Position numbers and translations under genes: made by a program
Notes under the pieces: model-generated
Told to the model about the DNA's origin: nothing
Databases searched by the model: none
What the model saw: the letters and a program-made list of their open reading frames with translations, nothing else
In this document: positions 10,907-22,283 of the stretch, in pieces
How positions within the stretch are numbered: position 1 is the stretch's first letter
Layout of the letters: each line of letters opens with the position of its first letter
Assembly: GCA_020621865.1 (NCBI GenBank)
Contig: JAHRYW010000013.1
Coordinates: forward strand, 12,289 to 76,288
Source of the DNA: Betaproteobacteria bacterium
Lineage (GTDB): Bacteria > Pseudomonadota > Gammaproteobacteria > Burkholderiales > Rhodocyclaceae
DNA: 64,000 bases
Reading direction: 5' to 3'

Positions 10907-11794
10907 TCAGCGGAAGAAACGCTCGATAATTTGCGCCACGGCCTCGGGCTGGTCGTGGTGCAGCATGTGGTCGGCATCCTCGATCCAGGTTTCGTCCACG
11001 TTGGCGAAGCAGGCCCGGCGCGCCTCCCAGTCGCCGGGGCGGGTGGCGTAGTCGCGCACCACCCAGGACTGCCGGCCGGCCACCCAAAGCACTGGGCAGG
11101 CGACCTGGCGCCAGATCGCTTTCGATTCTTCCAGTCTGAAAAGGTAGGGCGAGGTCGCCTTGTGCCACGGGTCGCCGTTCCAGATGATGCCGTGGCGACG
11201 CTCGCCACCGCGGGTTTCGCCGTCGCCGATGCGCGCCAGGTGTTTCGCCAGGAAGGCCGCCCGCTCGGCGGTCAGGAAACGGTCGTTCTGCATCAGGCGG
11301 CGGGCGAAGGCATCGCGGTCGGCATAGACGTGCATGCGCGGCGGCTTTTGCAGCGTTCCTAGCCATTGCCGGTAACGCTCCGGTGCCATTTCCGGCGTCG
11401 TCGGCGCGATGCCGAAACCCTCCAGCGAAATCAGGCGCGCTACCCGTTCCGGGCGCAGTCCGGCATACAGGCAACTCAGGATGCCGCCCATGCTGTGGCC
11501 GACCAGGCGGGCCGGCTGGTCGGGGGCGTAGCGGTCGAGGATGGCCTCCATGTCGCCGAGGTGTTCGGCGAAAAAATACGGCCGGTTCAGCCATTCCGAT
11601 TGGCCGAAGCCGCGCCAGTCGGGGGCGACGATGTTCCAGTCGCGCTGCAGTTGATCGACGACGAACTGGAAGGAGGCCGAGACATCCATCCAGCCGTGCA
11701 GCAGGAACAGCGTCGGCGCCTGCGGGTCGCCCCAGCGCCGGATGTGCAGGCGGACGCCGGGCAGGGCGAGGGTTTCGGATCGGGCGTGGCGCAT
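10907..11794 (-). CDS. Alpha/beta-fold hydrolase
   Basis: LHGWMD, DWRGFG, GHSMGG nucleophile elbow, C-terminal catalytic His. Confidence 0.92.
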   Translation of the reverse strand: MRHARSETLALPGVRLHIRRWGDPQAPTLFLLHGWMDVSASFQFVVDQLQRDWNIVAPDWRGFGQSEWLNRPYFFAEHLGDMEAILDRYAPDQPARLVGHSMGGILSCLYAGLRPERVARLISLEGFGIAPTTPEMAPERYRQWLGTLQKPPRMHVYADRDAFARRLMQNDRFLTAERAAFLAKHLARIGDGETRGGERRHGIIWNGDPWHKATSPYLFRLEESKAIWRQVACPVLWVAGRQSWVVRDYATRPGDWEARRACFANVDETWIEDADHMLHHDQPEAVAQIIERFFR

Positions 11795-11893
11795 GCGGAT
11801 CTGTCGGTGTCGGAGGTCTGGCGGCGGTTTGCCGGATCAGGATGGGCCGATTCTAGCGCGCCCATGACACCTTGCCGGTGTCGATCCTGAGCA

Positions 11894-12331
11894 TCAGCTG
11901 GTGGCGGGCGGGGCCTCGGTAAACGAATGGCTGGTCGGTCTCAGCGCCAGCTTGTCGGCCAGCTCCTGATCCTCGTGGGCGATATGTCGTTCGAACCAGT
12001 ATTCGACATAGCGCAGCACGCCGAAGACATCGGCATTGGCCGCCGAAGCCCCCTTCAGGGCCTTGCTGACCTGTTCCAGCATCGTCTGGTGACGGATGGT
12101 GTGCGCCGCGAAATCGAGCCCCGCCTCGGCGGCGTAGTGCGCTTCGGTGGCGAAATGCTTGCGCAAGCGGGCAATCAGCGCATCCGCCTCGTTGGCCGGC
12201 AGGCGGTTGATGTTCAGGCACAGGCGCTTGAGGCGGACCAGATGTCCGAACAGCTCGGCGTGCTGGGCATCGATTTCCTCGATCCCGATATGCAGCGACA
12301 CTGGCAGAAAGCGCAGCGTGTCTTCGTTCAT
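11894..12331 (-). CDS. Bacteriohemerythrin
   Basis: IGIEEIDAQH, HFATE, HTIRH, HIAHED di-iron ligand spacing; RBS aggagg. Confidence 0.85.
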   Translation of the reverse strand: MNEDTLRFLPVSLHIGIEEIDAQHAELFGHLVRLKRLCLNINRLPANEADALIARLRKHFATEAHYAAEAGLDFAAHTIRHQTMLEQVSKALKGASAANADVFGVLRYVEYWFERHIAHEDQELADKLALRPTSHSFTEAPPATS

Positions 12332-12750
12332 GCCGCCTCCTGCGACACGAGTGGTGACTGCCCTCGGCCGTCTGGCCGGTCGGCAGTTGGCGGGCGTTTG
12401 CGGGCGCTGGCCTTTGAATCGGACATCTCGATCTCCTGAACCAGGTCTGCCGGTTGGCATGGACCGAAACCGGGCGGGGGGTACAGTCATTTTATTTATA
12501 TTGATTTTGGCAGTTTAGGCGAATGCCAAAATGACCGCAACCGATATCCATGCCGATCTCGGCAGCCTTCTGCGTCAGACCGTCTGGCGGCGCTCAGGTT
12601 CGCTCCGGCTTCGGCCGGCCTTGTCCTTGGCCATCGCCGCCGCTACTATTTCCCGAGACCCCTGCTCCGGCATTGGTCGGGCGCTGTCATCCGCCGTTGC
12701 TCCAACGAGCCAGGGCGGGTTGGCGATACCAATCAGACGAAAGGAAAATC

Positions 12751-13584
12751 ATGCACTTCAAAAAAATCGCCGCGGTGCTTTGCACAACGCTGGCCTGCCT
12801 GCTCGGCAACGCGGTCGCGGCGGAGGATCACGTCATCATTGTCGCCTCGACGACCTCCACGGAGCAGTCGGGTTTGTTCGGTCATATCCTGCCGATCTTC
12901 GAGAAGGACAGCGGGGTCAAGGTGCGCGTCGTCGCCCTGGGCACCGGCCAGGCGCTGGATACCGCACGGCGCGGCGATGCCGACGTGGCATTCGTCCACG
13001 ACAAGTCAGCCGAGGAGAAATTCGTCGCCGAAGGGGCCGGTGTGGAGCGCCGCGAAGTGATGTACAACGACTTCGTGCTGGTCGGTCCGAAGAGCGACCC
13101 GGCCAAGGTCGCCGGCAAGGATATTCTCGAAGCCCTGCGCAGCATCGCCGCCGTCGATGCTGCCGCCCGCCCGGCCTTCGTCTCGCGCGGCGACCGTAGC
13201 GGCACGCACGCCGCCGAACTGCGCTACTGGAAGCTGGCCGGCGTCGATCTCGACAAGACCAAGGGTGCCTGGTACCGCGATACCGGTTCCGGCATGGGGC
13301 CATCGTTGAACATGGCCTCGTCGGTCGGCGCCTACATCCTGGCCGACCGCGGCACCTGGTTGTCGTTCAAGAACCGCGGCGACCTGACCATCCTGGTCGA
13401 AGGCGATAGCCGCCTGTTCAACCAGTACGGCGTGATCCTGGTTAATCCGGCCAAGCATCCGCACGTCAAGAAGGAAGACGGCCAGCGCTTCATCGACTGG
13501 CTGGTTTCGGCGCCGGGCCAGAAGGCCATCGCCGACTACAAGATCGGCGGCGAGCAGTTGTTCTTCCCCAACGCCAAGCGCTGA
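12751..13584 (+). CDS. tupA: Tungstate ABC transporter substrate-binding protein
   Basis: STTSTEQSGL, GTGQAL, SRGDRSGTH motifs; signal peptide. Confidence 0.88.
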   Translation: MHFKKIAAVLCTTLACLLGNAVAAEDHVIIVASTTSTEQSGLFGHILPIFEKDSGVKVRVVALGTGQALDTARRGDADVAFVHDKSAEEKFVAEGAGVERREVMYNDFVLVGPKSDPAKVAGKDILEALRSIAAVDAAARPAFVSRGDRSGTHAAELRYWKLAGVDLDKTKGAWYRDTGSGMGPSLNMASSVGAYILADRGTWLSFKNRGDLTILVEGDSRLFNQYGVILVNPAKHPHVKKEDGQRFIDWLVSAPGQKAIADYKIGGEQLFFPNAKR

Positions 13585-13591
13585 TCACAAT

Positions 13592-13627
13592 ATCGATGAA
13601 GCCGGCGTTTTTGCCGGCTTCATCGAT
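13592..13627. terminator. Long inverted repeat between convergent genes
   Basis: atcgatgaagccggc-N6-gccggcttcatcgat. Confidence 0.6.
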
Positions 13628-13691
13628 GGGTCTTGCTTATGCAGGCAGGTGCATAGGTCGTTGCTTCAAACCCTGCGCCAAGATTGTTTCA

Positions 13692-14099
13692 TTACTGACC
13701 ACTGCTCAATTGTTGGACGTCCCCTGTCAGTGGTGGGGTCTTTTCCAGCTCAGCCCATTCCTCGTCGGTAAACAGGCGGGAACGGCTCAGGAAAGCTTTG
13801 CCGCTGCCGCCCTCCAGTGAGAAGGTGCCGCCGCCGTCGCAGTCGACCACATCGACAATGACCTGGGTGTGCTGCCAGAACTCGAATTGCGACTTGCTGA
13901 TGTAAAACGGGGCGCCGCCGATGGTGCCCAGGTAAATATCCTGGCTGCCGACCGTCAGGTCGCCGGGGAGGTAGCAGTTGGCCGCGCTGTTATCGCAGCA
14001 ACCACCGGATTGGAAAAAGAACAGCTTCGGCCCGAACTTGGACTTCAGCGTTTCGATCAGTTCAAGGGCTGCCGGGGTGGCAATGACGCGTTCAACCAT
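13692..14099 (-). CDS. DUF779 family protein
   Basis: FQSGGCCD...FSLEG...FLSRSRLF; typical partner downstream of aldehyde dehydrogenase. Confidence 0.88.
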   Translation of the reverse strand: MVERVIATPAALELIETLKSKFGPKLFFFQSGGCCDNSAANCYLPGDLTVGSQDIYLGTIGGAPFYISKSQFEFWQHTQVIVDVVDCDGGGTFSLEGGSGKAFLSRSRLFTDEEWAELEKTPPLTGDVQQLSSGQ

Positions 14100-14191
14100 T
14101 TTTCTTTTCTCCAGATAAAAAAAGGGGCGGTTGCCCGCCCCCTTTGTGGATGCCCAATTTCTGGCCGGGCATTGCGTTGGTTCGCCGTCGC

Positions 14192-15715
<1,524 letters not shown>

Positions 15716-15871
15716 AGTGTCTCCTTGGTTGAGGGTAGGGAATGTTCGTCTGAACATCTGGCGTATTAATTGCAATCGACGTACCTGCTCATGCCAGGGC
15801 AAAAATGAGGCGGATTTTTTGCCGCCCCGCGTTGTCTTGTTTATTGTTGATTTACTTTTAAGCTTGTTGCC

Positions 15872-16978
15872 ATGCCTGTCAGCTTCTCCTATCAATTCGA
15901 CGGTAGTTCGCGCTCCTTGCCCTTGTTCGGCGAGCAGATGCCCTTTGCCAATCCGCTGTTCGGCATCCTTGCCGCGATTCGTGAAGAAGGCTCGATCACC
16001 CGCGCCGCTGAGCGCCTCGGTCTTTCGTACCGTTACGTCTGGGGTTACCTCAAGAAGCAGGAAGAGGAGTTGGGGCAGAAACTGCTGGCTTCCGGCCAGG
16101 GTGCTTCGGCCCGTCTGTCGGATTTCGGCGAGCGCCTGCTCTGGTCGGAGCGCCGCGTGCTCGCCCGGATGGCGCCGGTGGCCGAGGGTATGGCCAATAA
16201 GCTCGACAACGAGTTGCTGCTGGCCACGCGGCCGACCCTGATGCCGCTGCGCATCGCCGCCAGCCACGACCTGCTGTTCGGTGCCTTGCGCGAGCAGTTG
16301 ATGCGCCAAGGCAACCTGCTGCTCGACGCCGATTATGTCGGCAGTGTCGATGCGCTGGAGCAACTCAATTCAGGGGAGTGCACCCTGGCCGGCATCCATT
16401 TTCCGGTCGACCTGCCGCATCTTTGCCAGCGCGGCTCCGGTCTGCATGCGCAGCTGGGGCGGCAACTGCGCCTAGGTGACCACAAGCTGATCAGCATGGC
16501 GGTGCGCGAACAAGGATTGATCGTTCCGACGGGCAATCCGCTCGACCTGTACGATGTTTACGATCTGGTGCGGCCGGAAATCCGCTTCGTCAATCGCCAG
16601 TCAGGCTCGGGGACGCGCATATTGCTCGACGAGCTGCTCAGTTTTCACCGTATCGAGCCGCAGGAAATCACCGGTTACCGGACCGAGGAGCCAACGCATC
16701 TTGCCGTGGCGGCCTGCATCGCGGCGGGGGCGGCCAATTGCGGATTCGGCTTGCGGGCCGCGGCCGAGCAGTTCGGGCTTGGTTTCGTGCCGATGCTGTG
16801 GGAGCAATATTTCATTGTTTGCCGCAAGCACGAACTTGAGTCGCCGCCGGTCCAGACGCTGATCGAGGCATTGCAGGCGCCGGATTTCCGGGAGTCGGTC
16901 GCCAACGTGCCCGGTTATTCGGTGGCCGAGGCCGGCCAGATCATCTCCTTGCGCCGAACCCTGCCCTGGTACAAGTAG
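15872..16978 (+). CDS. ModE-like HTH + periplasmic-binding-like (molybdate/tungstate) domain regulator
   Basis: [22 protein letters not shown]; [27 protein letters not shown]_like motifs. Confidence 0.85.
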   Translation: MPVSFSYQFDGSSRSLPLFGEQMPFANPLFGILAAIREEGSITRAAERLGLSYRYVWGYLKKQEEELGQKLLASGQGASARLSDFGERLLWSERRVLARMAPVAEGMANKLDNELLLATRPTLMPLRIAASHDLLFGALREQLMRQGNLLLDADYVGSVDALEQLNSGECTLAGIHFPVDLPHLCQRGSGLHAQLGRQLRLGDHKLISMAVREQGLIVPTGNPLDLYDVYDLVRPEIRFVNRQSGSGTRILLDELLSFHRIEPQEITGYRTEEPTHLAVAACIAAGAANCGFGLRAAAEQFGLGFVPMLWEQYFIVCRKHELESPPVQTLIEALQAPDFRESVANVPGYSVAEAGQIISLRRTLPWYK

Positions 16979-16996
16979 TTTGAGCCGTATGCAATG

Positions 16997-17024
16997 AAAA
17001 AGGGCCACTGAGCGTGGCCCTTTT
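16997..17024. terminator. Bidirectional intrinsic terminator
   Basis: aaaaagggccac-tgagc-gtggccctttt. Confidence 0.7.
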
Positions 17025-17043
17025 GCTGCCGTCCAAGGCAATC

Positions 17044-17244
17044 TCAGGCAATCGAAGGTTCAAGCGGCATCAGCGAGCGGGCCGAGACGATCAGGCGCTT
17101 TCGAACGCCGGAGCCCATCTGGCGCTCGACTTCCCACATCGGGAGTCCCTTGACGACGGCAACCTGTTCTATTGCCGTCACGACATCGCCAAATTTGACG
17201 CAAAGATAGTTGGCACCACGCTTGATTGAATTCGTAACCTTCAT
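17044..17244 (-). CDS. Small hypothetical protein (66 aa)
   Basis: GGAGG 9 nt upstream of ATG; terminator just downstream. Confidence 0.5.
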   Translation of the reverse strand: MKVTNSIKRGANYLCVKFGDVVTAIEQVAVVKGLPMWEVERQMGSGVRKRLIVSARSLMPLEPSIA

Positions 17245-17444
17245 CGGGAACAGCCTCCTTTTTTGTCAGCGGTCGTGCCATCCTACCGAAGTGAAAGGCC
17301 AAGTTGAATAGGGAAAATGTGACGATTTGTGACCGCCATTTCTCCCTTTTGCTGAGCCCCTGAGCGACTGCGTTTTGCTGCATCGGTCAACGGAAAGCCA
17401 GTCTGGGCGGTGGTTTCCAAGGTGAGCGCCCGGGCGATCGGCGC

Positions 17445-17583
17445 TCTCGTCCGCAGCTTAAGTTGAGATAGGAAACCCGCGTATTTCGGCGTGTTTTGAA
17501 AAGTCTCGCAAATCAATTCCCTCACGGTTTCGCACGTTAAGTCGAGACTTTTACGTTTTTCCGCAACTTATCTTGAGACTTTT
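17445..17583 (+). repeat. Transposon end with spaced transposase (TnsB)-binding repeats
   Basis: ccgcagcttaagttgagata (17451), tcgcacgttaagtcgagact (17530), ccgcaacttatcttgagact (17561). Confidence 0.85.
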
Positions 17584-17588
17584 CCCCG

Positions 17589-18783
17589 CTATTTACAGCC
17601 GATCCAGTCCCGGATTGCTTTGTCAGCTTGTTCGTCCAGTACGAATTGCTCACGTAGACACAGCGAGCGAACATTGTTCGCGAGTTTCTGGGCCAATGTG
17701 GCTGCGTCGTTCGGACCTTCGTCGAATACGTGGCCGCGCATGCTCAGGCCGCGCAGGACATGATTGACGTCGGCACGGCTCACCGGCAAACCTGTCTCAC
17801 GGCAACGGTCGCGGACGCGCTTTCCCGTCTCCATCAGATGAAACGGTACTTCGGCGACATCCTTGGCAATCGATGCGATCAAGTTCCGATATTTTTCCGG
17901 TGTCAGCAGTGGAACGTCCGTCAGTTCGTGAATCTGCTTTGCGATCTTGTACAAGTTCTTGTCCGACCATTCGGCGGCAGGCGGAGGCTGCTGGGTGAGT
18001 TTGGCTACGGGTTTAGCAGGGTCGTAGGCAATACCGCCGGATTCGTTCCAGTTGAATTCGACGGGTTTTATATCCAGCGATTCGACAAACCTGCGGAAGG
18101 TGCCTTTTCCCGCCCAGTCAGCAGCAAGGGTCGGGTCGAGGCCGATCAGCACCGTCGCCAGACGTCCGCAGGGAACGGGTTGGCCTGCTTTGGCCACTTC
18201 CGCCCGGATCGCAGCGGCGACCGTGTTTGCCGGATTGATTGTTTTGCCATTGCCGCTGGCCATGTTCTGGGGCGAGGGGAGTGCGTGCCGTTGTGGATCG
18301 TGAATGGTTCCGCCGGAATCCCAACTGACGACCAGCGAGCCAAGTTTCAGCGCTTCGATGAGGGCGCGGAAGCTGCCAAACCCGGCCCAGGAAGAAGCGT
18401 CCAGACCTTCGATTCGGTTCAACAGCAAGGAAGCAATCCTGGCCAGCGATACCGGAGCCGTTGCTTCTTTGACCGCCTGCTGGATCAGTTGCAGTGCCTG
18501 TGCGCCGCACTCGGTGGCGGAAGGGCCGGCTGGCGGGATGGTTTCGGCTGGTACTGGGGGCGGGGCGTCGTCGAAATTGAGCGCCTGGCGCACGAAGTCA
18601 TCCTGGTCGATCAGCAAGTCGGCCGAGGCGCGATACGCCGCCGAAGGAAAGCCGATGGCGAGCACGGTCGTGCGCCGGTCCCAGCGCCGTAGCTTGCGCA
18701 GCACCGGGGTGAAATCAGCGTCAGCCGAAAAAACGATGAACTCGTCGTAACGGGTTTCGTGCTGCAGAAGGTCAACGATATTT
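17589..18783 (-). pseudogene. 5'-truncated NYN (PIN-like) RNase with two LOTUS/OST-HTH-like repeats
   Basis: IVDLL..YDEFIVFSADADFTPVLRKLR is the second half of an NYN domain; repeats WAGFGSFRALIEAL / WAGKGTFRRFVESL; N-terminal NYN half replaced by tnsB-like DNA. Confidence 0.7.
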
Positions 18784-19050
18784 GTTCGGGATGAGATTGA
18801 GGTCTTGGAAGTTCTGGAGTGCGTCAGAGCTGTCTGGCTTGATTGCAAGAGCTTCCGGTGATGAGAACGCGTCGATAATTTTCAGTTGCAGAGACGCTTG
18901 TGCTGACCAAAACTCCGATTCCGTCAGCGTTTTTTTTTGGCTAGTTTTCGGATTCTCGAAGTAAAGCTCTTCGGTGGAGCGGCTGTCGTATTCGAAAATC
19001 TGGCCCAGGTAGGAGATAACAAGCCCTTTTTGGAGGAAAAATGATCCCAT
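18772..19050 (-). pseudogene. N-terminal fragment of probable TnsB transposase
   Basis: RBS ggagg directly after tnsA; only 92 aa, ending at the junction with the NYN fragment; identity inferred from position. Confidence 0.55.
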
Positions 19051-19065
19051 GTCGATTCCTCCGGA

Positions 19066-20001
19066 CTAGGCGTTGTTTGGCTTAGTTGCCGCACCAGGTG
19101 CGCGATCTCGGCGCTCCCAAGATTTTCTAGGGCGGAGCTCCGCCTCTCCGAGATCACGAAGAGGCGCCGCCTTTGAAAATCCTCCAACAAAATTCCATGG
19201 GGTAAGAGGTGGACGAGTCTGTCGCCAAGCCGTCGTAACTTCCAGTCGATATTGATCTGGCGTTCCACGACCCAAAGCCAACGCTGCCAGAAGATCACCA
19301 TGCCGGGTCGAACGAAAAATGTCGCCAAGGAACAATCCTTTAAATGGTTGATCGGGGAGGCTGACCAAACTTGATTTGGTGAACTTGTAGCTCCAGTCGA
19401 AGCAAAGCCGGCGTTGGGCAATCAGTGTGTAGACTTCGGCCAACGAACAAGATGCTGCATCGCAGAGTTCAGTAACCGCCATCGTCTGCTCGCGTTGAAA
19501 TGCTTCTGCCACCCGAGCCAAGGCCTCACTGGGCAAAGGTGAGGTCAGATAACGCATCAATAGATTGGTATTGGTTCTTTGGGGCTCAGAGAACAGTTGC
19601 TCATCAACAATGAACGCAAATGCTTGCGCTGTTTTCCGAAAATGCTTGGCGATCGCGAGGTAGGTTGGGAGGTGTTCCGGATGGAAAAGAAATTCGAGCG
19701 GCTTGATTTCGATTAGTGTTTCGATATTGCCGTGTTCAACCAGGAAGTCGGCGGTGTATTGGCGTTCAACACCGTCTTGGTCGAAATAGCTTCGTGCTTG
19801 TTGGGAATAAACCCGTTTGATGTCCCTGCAGAGCAGAAGACGTGGAATCGCGAGTTTTTCGTGAGGAGACTCGTATTCTGCCGGGTAGGGGGTTAGCTCT
19901 TCAACCTGCAGGCCACCCGTGGTGCGGTGTGGCGAGACTTCAATTAACTGGCGGCTAGGGGCGTTGGGGCCCCCTAGCTTTTTAGCGCGGCGCTTCTTCA
20001 T
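19066..20001 (-). CDS. tnsA: TnsA-like heteromeric transposase endonuclease subunit
   Basis: YESPHEK...SQ...YTADFLV...IEIKP PD-(D/E)XK core; C-terminal winged helix (VYTLIAQRRLCFDW). Confidence 0.85.
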   Translation of the reverse strand: MKKRRAKKLGGPNAPSRQLIEVSPHRTTGGLQVEELTPYPAEYESPHEKLAIPRLLLCRDIKRVYSQQARSYFDQDGVERQYTADFLVEHGNIETLIEIKPLEFLFHPEHLPTYLAIAKHFRKTAQAFAFIVDEQLFSEPQRTNTNLLMRYLTSPLPSEALARVAEAFQREQTMAVTELCDAASCSLAEVYTLIAQRRLCFDWSYKFTKSSLVSLPDQPFKGLFLGDIFRSTRHGDLLAALALGRGTPDQYRLEVTTAWRQTRPPLTPWNFVGGFSKAAPLRDLGEAELRPRKSWERRDRAPGAATKPNNA

Positions 20002-20079
20002 GATTTCTCCAAGATGAAATCGTAAGCATCCAAACGAATATTTTATTCATTGGATGTAATTTTTTGGCGACAAAAATCC

Positions 20080-20108
20080 TTGACTTTGCCGATCGCCTTG
20101 GAGATACT
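20080..20108 (+). promoter_or_regulatory. Sigma70-like promoter antisense to gp16-tnsA transcription
   Basis: TTGACT-17bp-GATACT. Confidence 0.55.
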
Positions 20109-20186
20109 TCACGTGTCTGATTTAATTTTTTCCGTGGCTAACGGGCAGAGCCGGATGAACCGAAAGGTGAGTCCGGTATTTTTTTG

Positions 20187-20451
20187 TTACATGGTTTCCT
20201 CCTCTCGATTGAGCCCGGCCAGAATCTGACTCAGCGTTTGAACGTCGGTCAGTTGTCCAGCTTTCAGGCCAAGTGCGACGGCAATCTTGTGGCTTTGGCC
20301 ACGCAAGCAGCGCCGCTTCCCTTCAAGGACTTGATAGACGAGACCGCACGAGAAGCGGTTTTCGCGAGCCCATTCCGCAATGGATATGCCGGTGCCTTCT
20401 ATCAAAGAGCGGCATTCTTCAGGGCTGCGGGTGGGGGGGGCGCGTACTCAT
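20187..20451 (-). CDS. BcepMu gp16-family phage-like DNA-binding protein, frameshifted in a C8 tract
   Basis: TRSPEECRSLIEGTGISIAEWAR...LRGQSHKIAVALGLK; ATG 20451 is one base out of frame across the C8 run (G8 at 20433-20440 on +). Confidence 0.75.
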
Positions 20452-20529
20452 AGGATCGATTGTATTCAAACGAGTACACGCTAACACCCTGTGTGGAAAC
20501 TGTGCAACATATTTTCTATAATCCCTGAC

Positions 20530-20982
20530 ATGCCTACACAAAACGAAACATTTCTGCCTGGGTTTGGTGAGCGTCTCAAGGAAGAGCGAAAGCGCTTGGC
20601 GCTAAACCAAGATGAGTTCGCCGAGCGCGCTGGCGTAAAGCGTCTTGCCCAACTCCAGTACGAAAAAGAAGCTCGTGAGCCAAGAACGTCGTACTTGACG
20701 GCCATCGGAGCGATGGGCGTCAGTCTTTCCTACGTGATTTTCGGGAAGAGGCCGCCGGAGTCCGCGCTTGGGCCAGAGGCAATCCGACGGATTGAGAAGA
20801 AGATCTTCGACCTCCTCGAAGCCTACGTTGCGGAGCAATGCGGAGGCTATTTGAGTTCCGATGGTCGTTATGTCTTATTCGAGGTGATGCGCTCGCATTG
20901 CATCCAGGCTGCAAGCAAAGGGCTTGATGTCGAGAGCAACTTGGCAGCGTTTTTCCCAAAGAGGGTCGAGGGCAATGGATAG
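20530..20982 (+). CDS. XRE/Cro-cI family repressor
   Basis: FGERLKEERKRLALNQDEFAERAGV...YEK...P..YL HTH; divergent from the gp16-like gene. Confidence 0.85.
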   Translation: MPTQNETFLPGFGERLKEERKRLALNQDEFAERAGVKRLAQLQYEKEAREPRTSYLTAIGAMGVSLSYVIFGKRPPESALGPEAIRRIEKKIFDLLEAYVAEQCGGYLSSDGRYVLFEVMRSHCIQAASKGLDVESNLAAFFPKRVEGNG

Positions 20983-21571
20983 GAATAAAACGTACGATCG
21001 CTCTGATGAGCATGTGATGCGAGCTTTAAGTCGGATCAGGGAAGCGTTTGAAAACGGCTCTCATGCTAGCGAAGATGAGGCGCTCGGGATTCTGCGAGAG
21101 AAGCTGTTCGAGTTTCGGCCGGGTGAAGCGTCTGAAAAAGCTCATGGACCAAGTGCTGAGACAGCTTATCTTGGTAAGCCCGTGAGTAGTGATAATCGTG
21201 TTGAAGCGGTTATTCGCTGGCTGAGCGATACGAAGGGGTTCGCGCCAAAGGAAATTGAACGCATGCGGCGTATCGGGATCTTTGAGGAAACCACAGATGG
21301 ACGTGTGGCTGTGCGTGAGCAACCGTTGCAAGAGGCTTGGGCATCTGCACTTATTGCCGGTGTTGCCTTGCTTACTGGTGCCTGGATTGCCTGGGTTTGG
21401 TTTGGGTCGGAAGGTAATCTGACCGTGATTGCAGCCTCATTTTCGGTCGGGAGTTTGTTTGGGCTTATTGTAGGAAAGGCACTCGATAAATCATTCCGAT
21501 TCGCCAAACTTCGCTCAAGAGTGTTGGAGGTGGCTCCTCGTTTTGAGGATGGTATGGTGGTTCGCCTTTAG
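20975..21571 (+). CDS. Hypothetical membrane protein (2 C-terminal TM helices)
   Basis: Overlaps repressor stop; hydrophobic pair WASALIAGVALL.../VIAASFSVGSLFGLIV. Confidence 0.7.
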   Translation: MDRNKTYDRSDEHVMRALSRIREAFENGSHASEDEALGILREKLFEFRPGEASEKAHGPSAETAYLGKPVSSDNRVEAVIRWLSDTKGFAPKEIERMRRIGIFEETTDGRVAVREQPLQEAWASALIAGVALLTGAWIAWVWFGSEGNLTVIAASFSVGSLFGLIVGKALDKSFRFAKLRSRVLEVAPRFEDGMVVRL

Positions 21572-22283
21572 GCCGGATGGCGGGATTTCGGCCAAAGCAG
21601 CCTCAAATAAGCATAGCGCCTTAAGTCCGCTATGTGGTTAAGAGCGGCCGCACTCTGTCTATGAAGTCTGAAGCGACTCATAGTCTTAAGTGATGAGATG
21701 GCCATTTATTAGCCTTTTTGCCTGCAGGGACAGCAATCACCTACCCCGGCTCAGGGGGGGGCGCCCATACCGTTAACAAAGCCGTCTCATGAAGACAGTC
21801 TAGGTAAGTCTGAACCAGATAGACTCAAGCATGTCACAACCGAAACCGAAAAAAGCCCTACTACTGGGTCCGAGATCGGGCTCTTTAGTGTTTTCTCTTC
21901 TTGACAAGGACTTATCTAGCGGCCATGATCCAAAAGTCATGGTTTTTCCATGTTGACGGAACTTGGTTTGTGTGGTATTCGGCAGCTAGGTTTTGGGCGC
22001 CTCTTGCTCTTGTATACCCTGTGACGGAATTGAATCAAGACGCATGGAAATTCTGCGTAAGCCTCGACACTCTAATGGCCAACACGTATGTTAAAGCTTA
22101 GTAAAGACTTCGCGACCCGGTTATATACTGTGGCAGCATTGCCCACCGATCAGCGGAAAGATCTGATTGCTAATCTAGATAAAATTCCATATGGATTTGA
22201 CTTCGAGGAAGGGGTAAGTGCCGCGATTAGTGCCAGCGGTATCGACAAGTCAAATTCGGAAAATTTGGCTAGGGCTATTATTA

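Noticed and set aside
12332-12750. Moco/tungsten-cofactor riboswitch upstream of tupA
   Set aside because: Long leader, but I could not identify the conserved structure by eye; needs an Rfam search.
13192-13200. gaccgtagc in tupA and accgtagca near 35344 as additional motif copies
   Set aside because: Partial core only with no phased A/T tracts; the tupA one encodes the conserved GDRSG motif.
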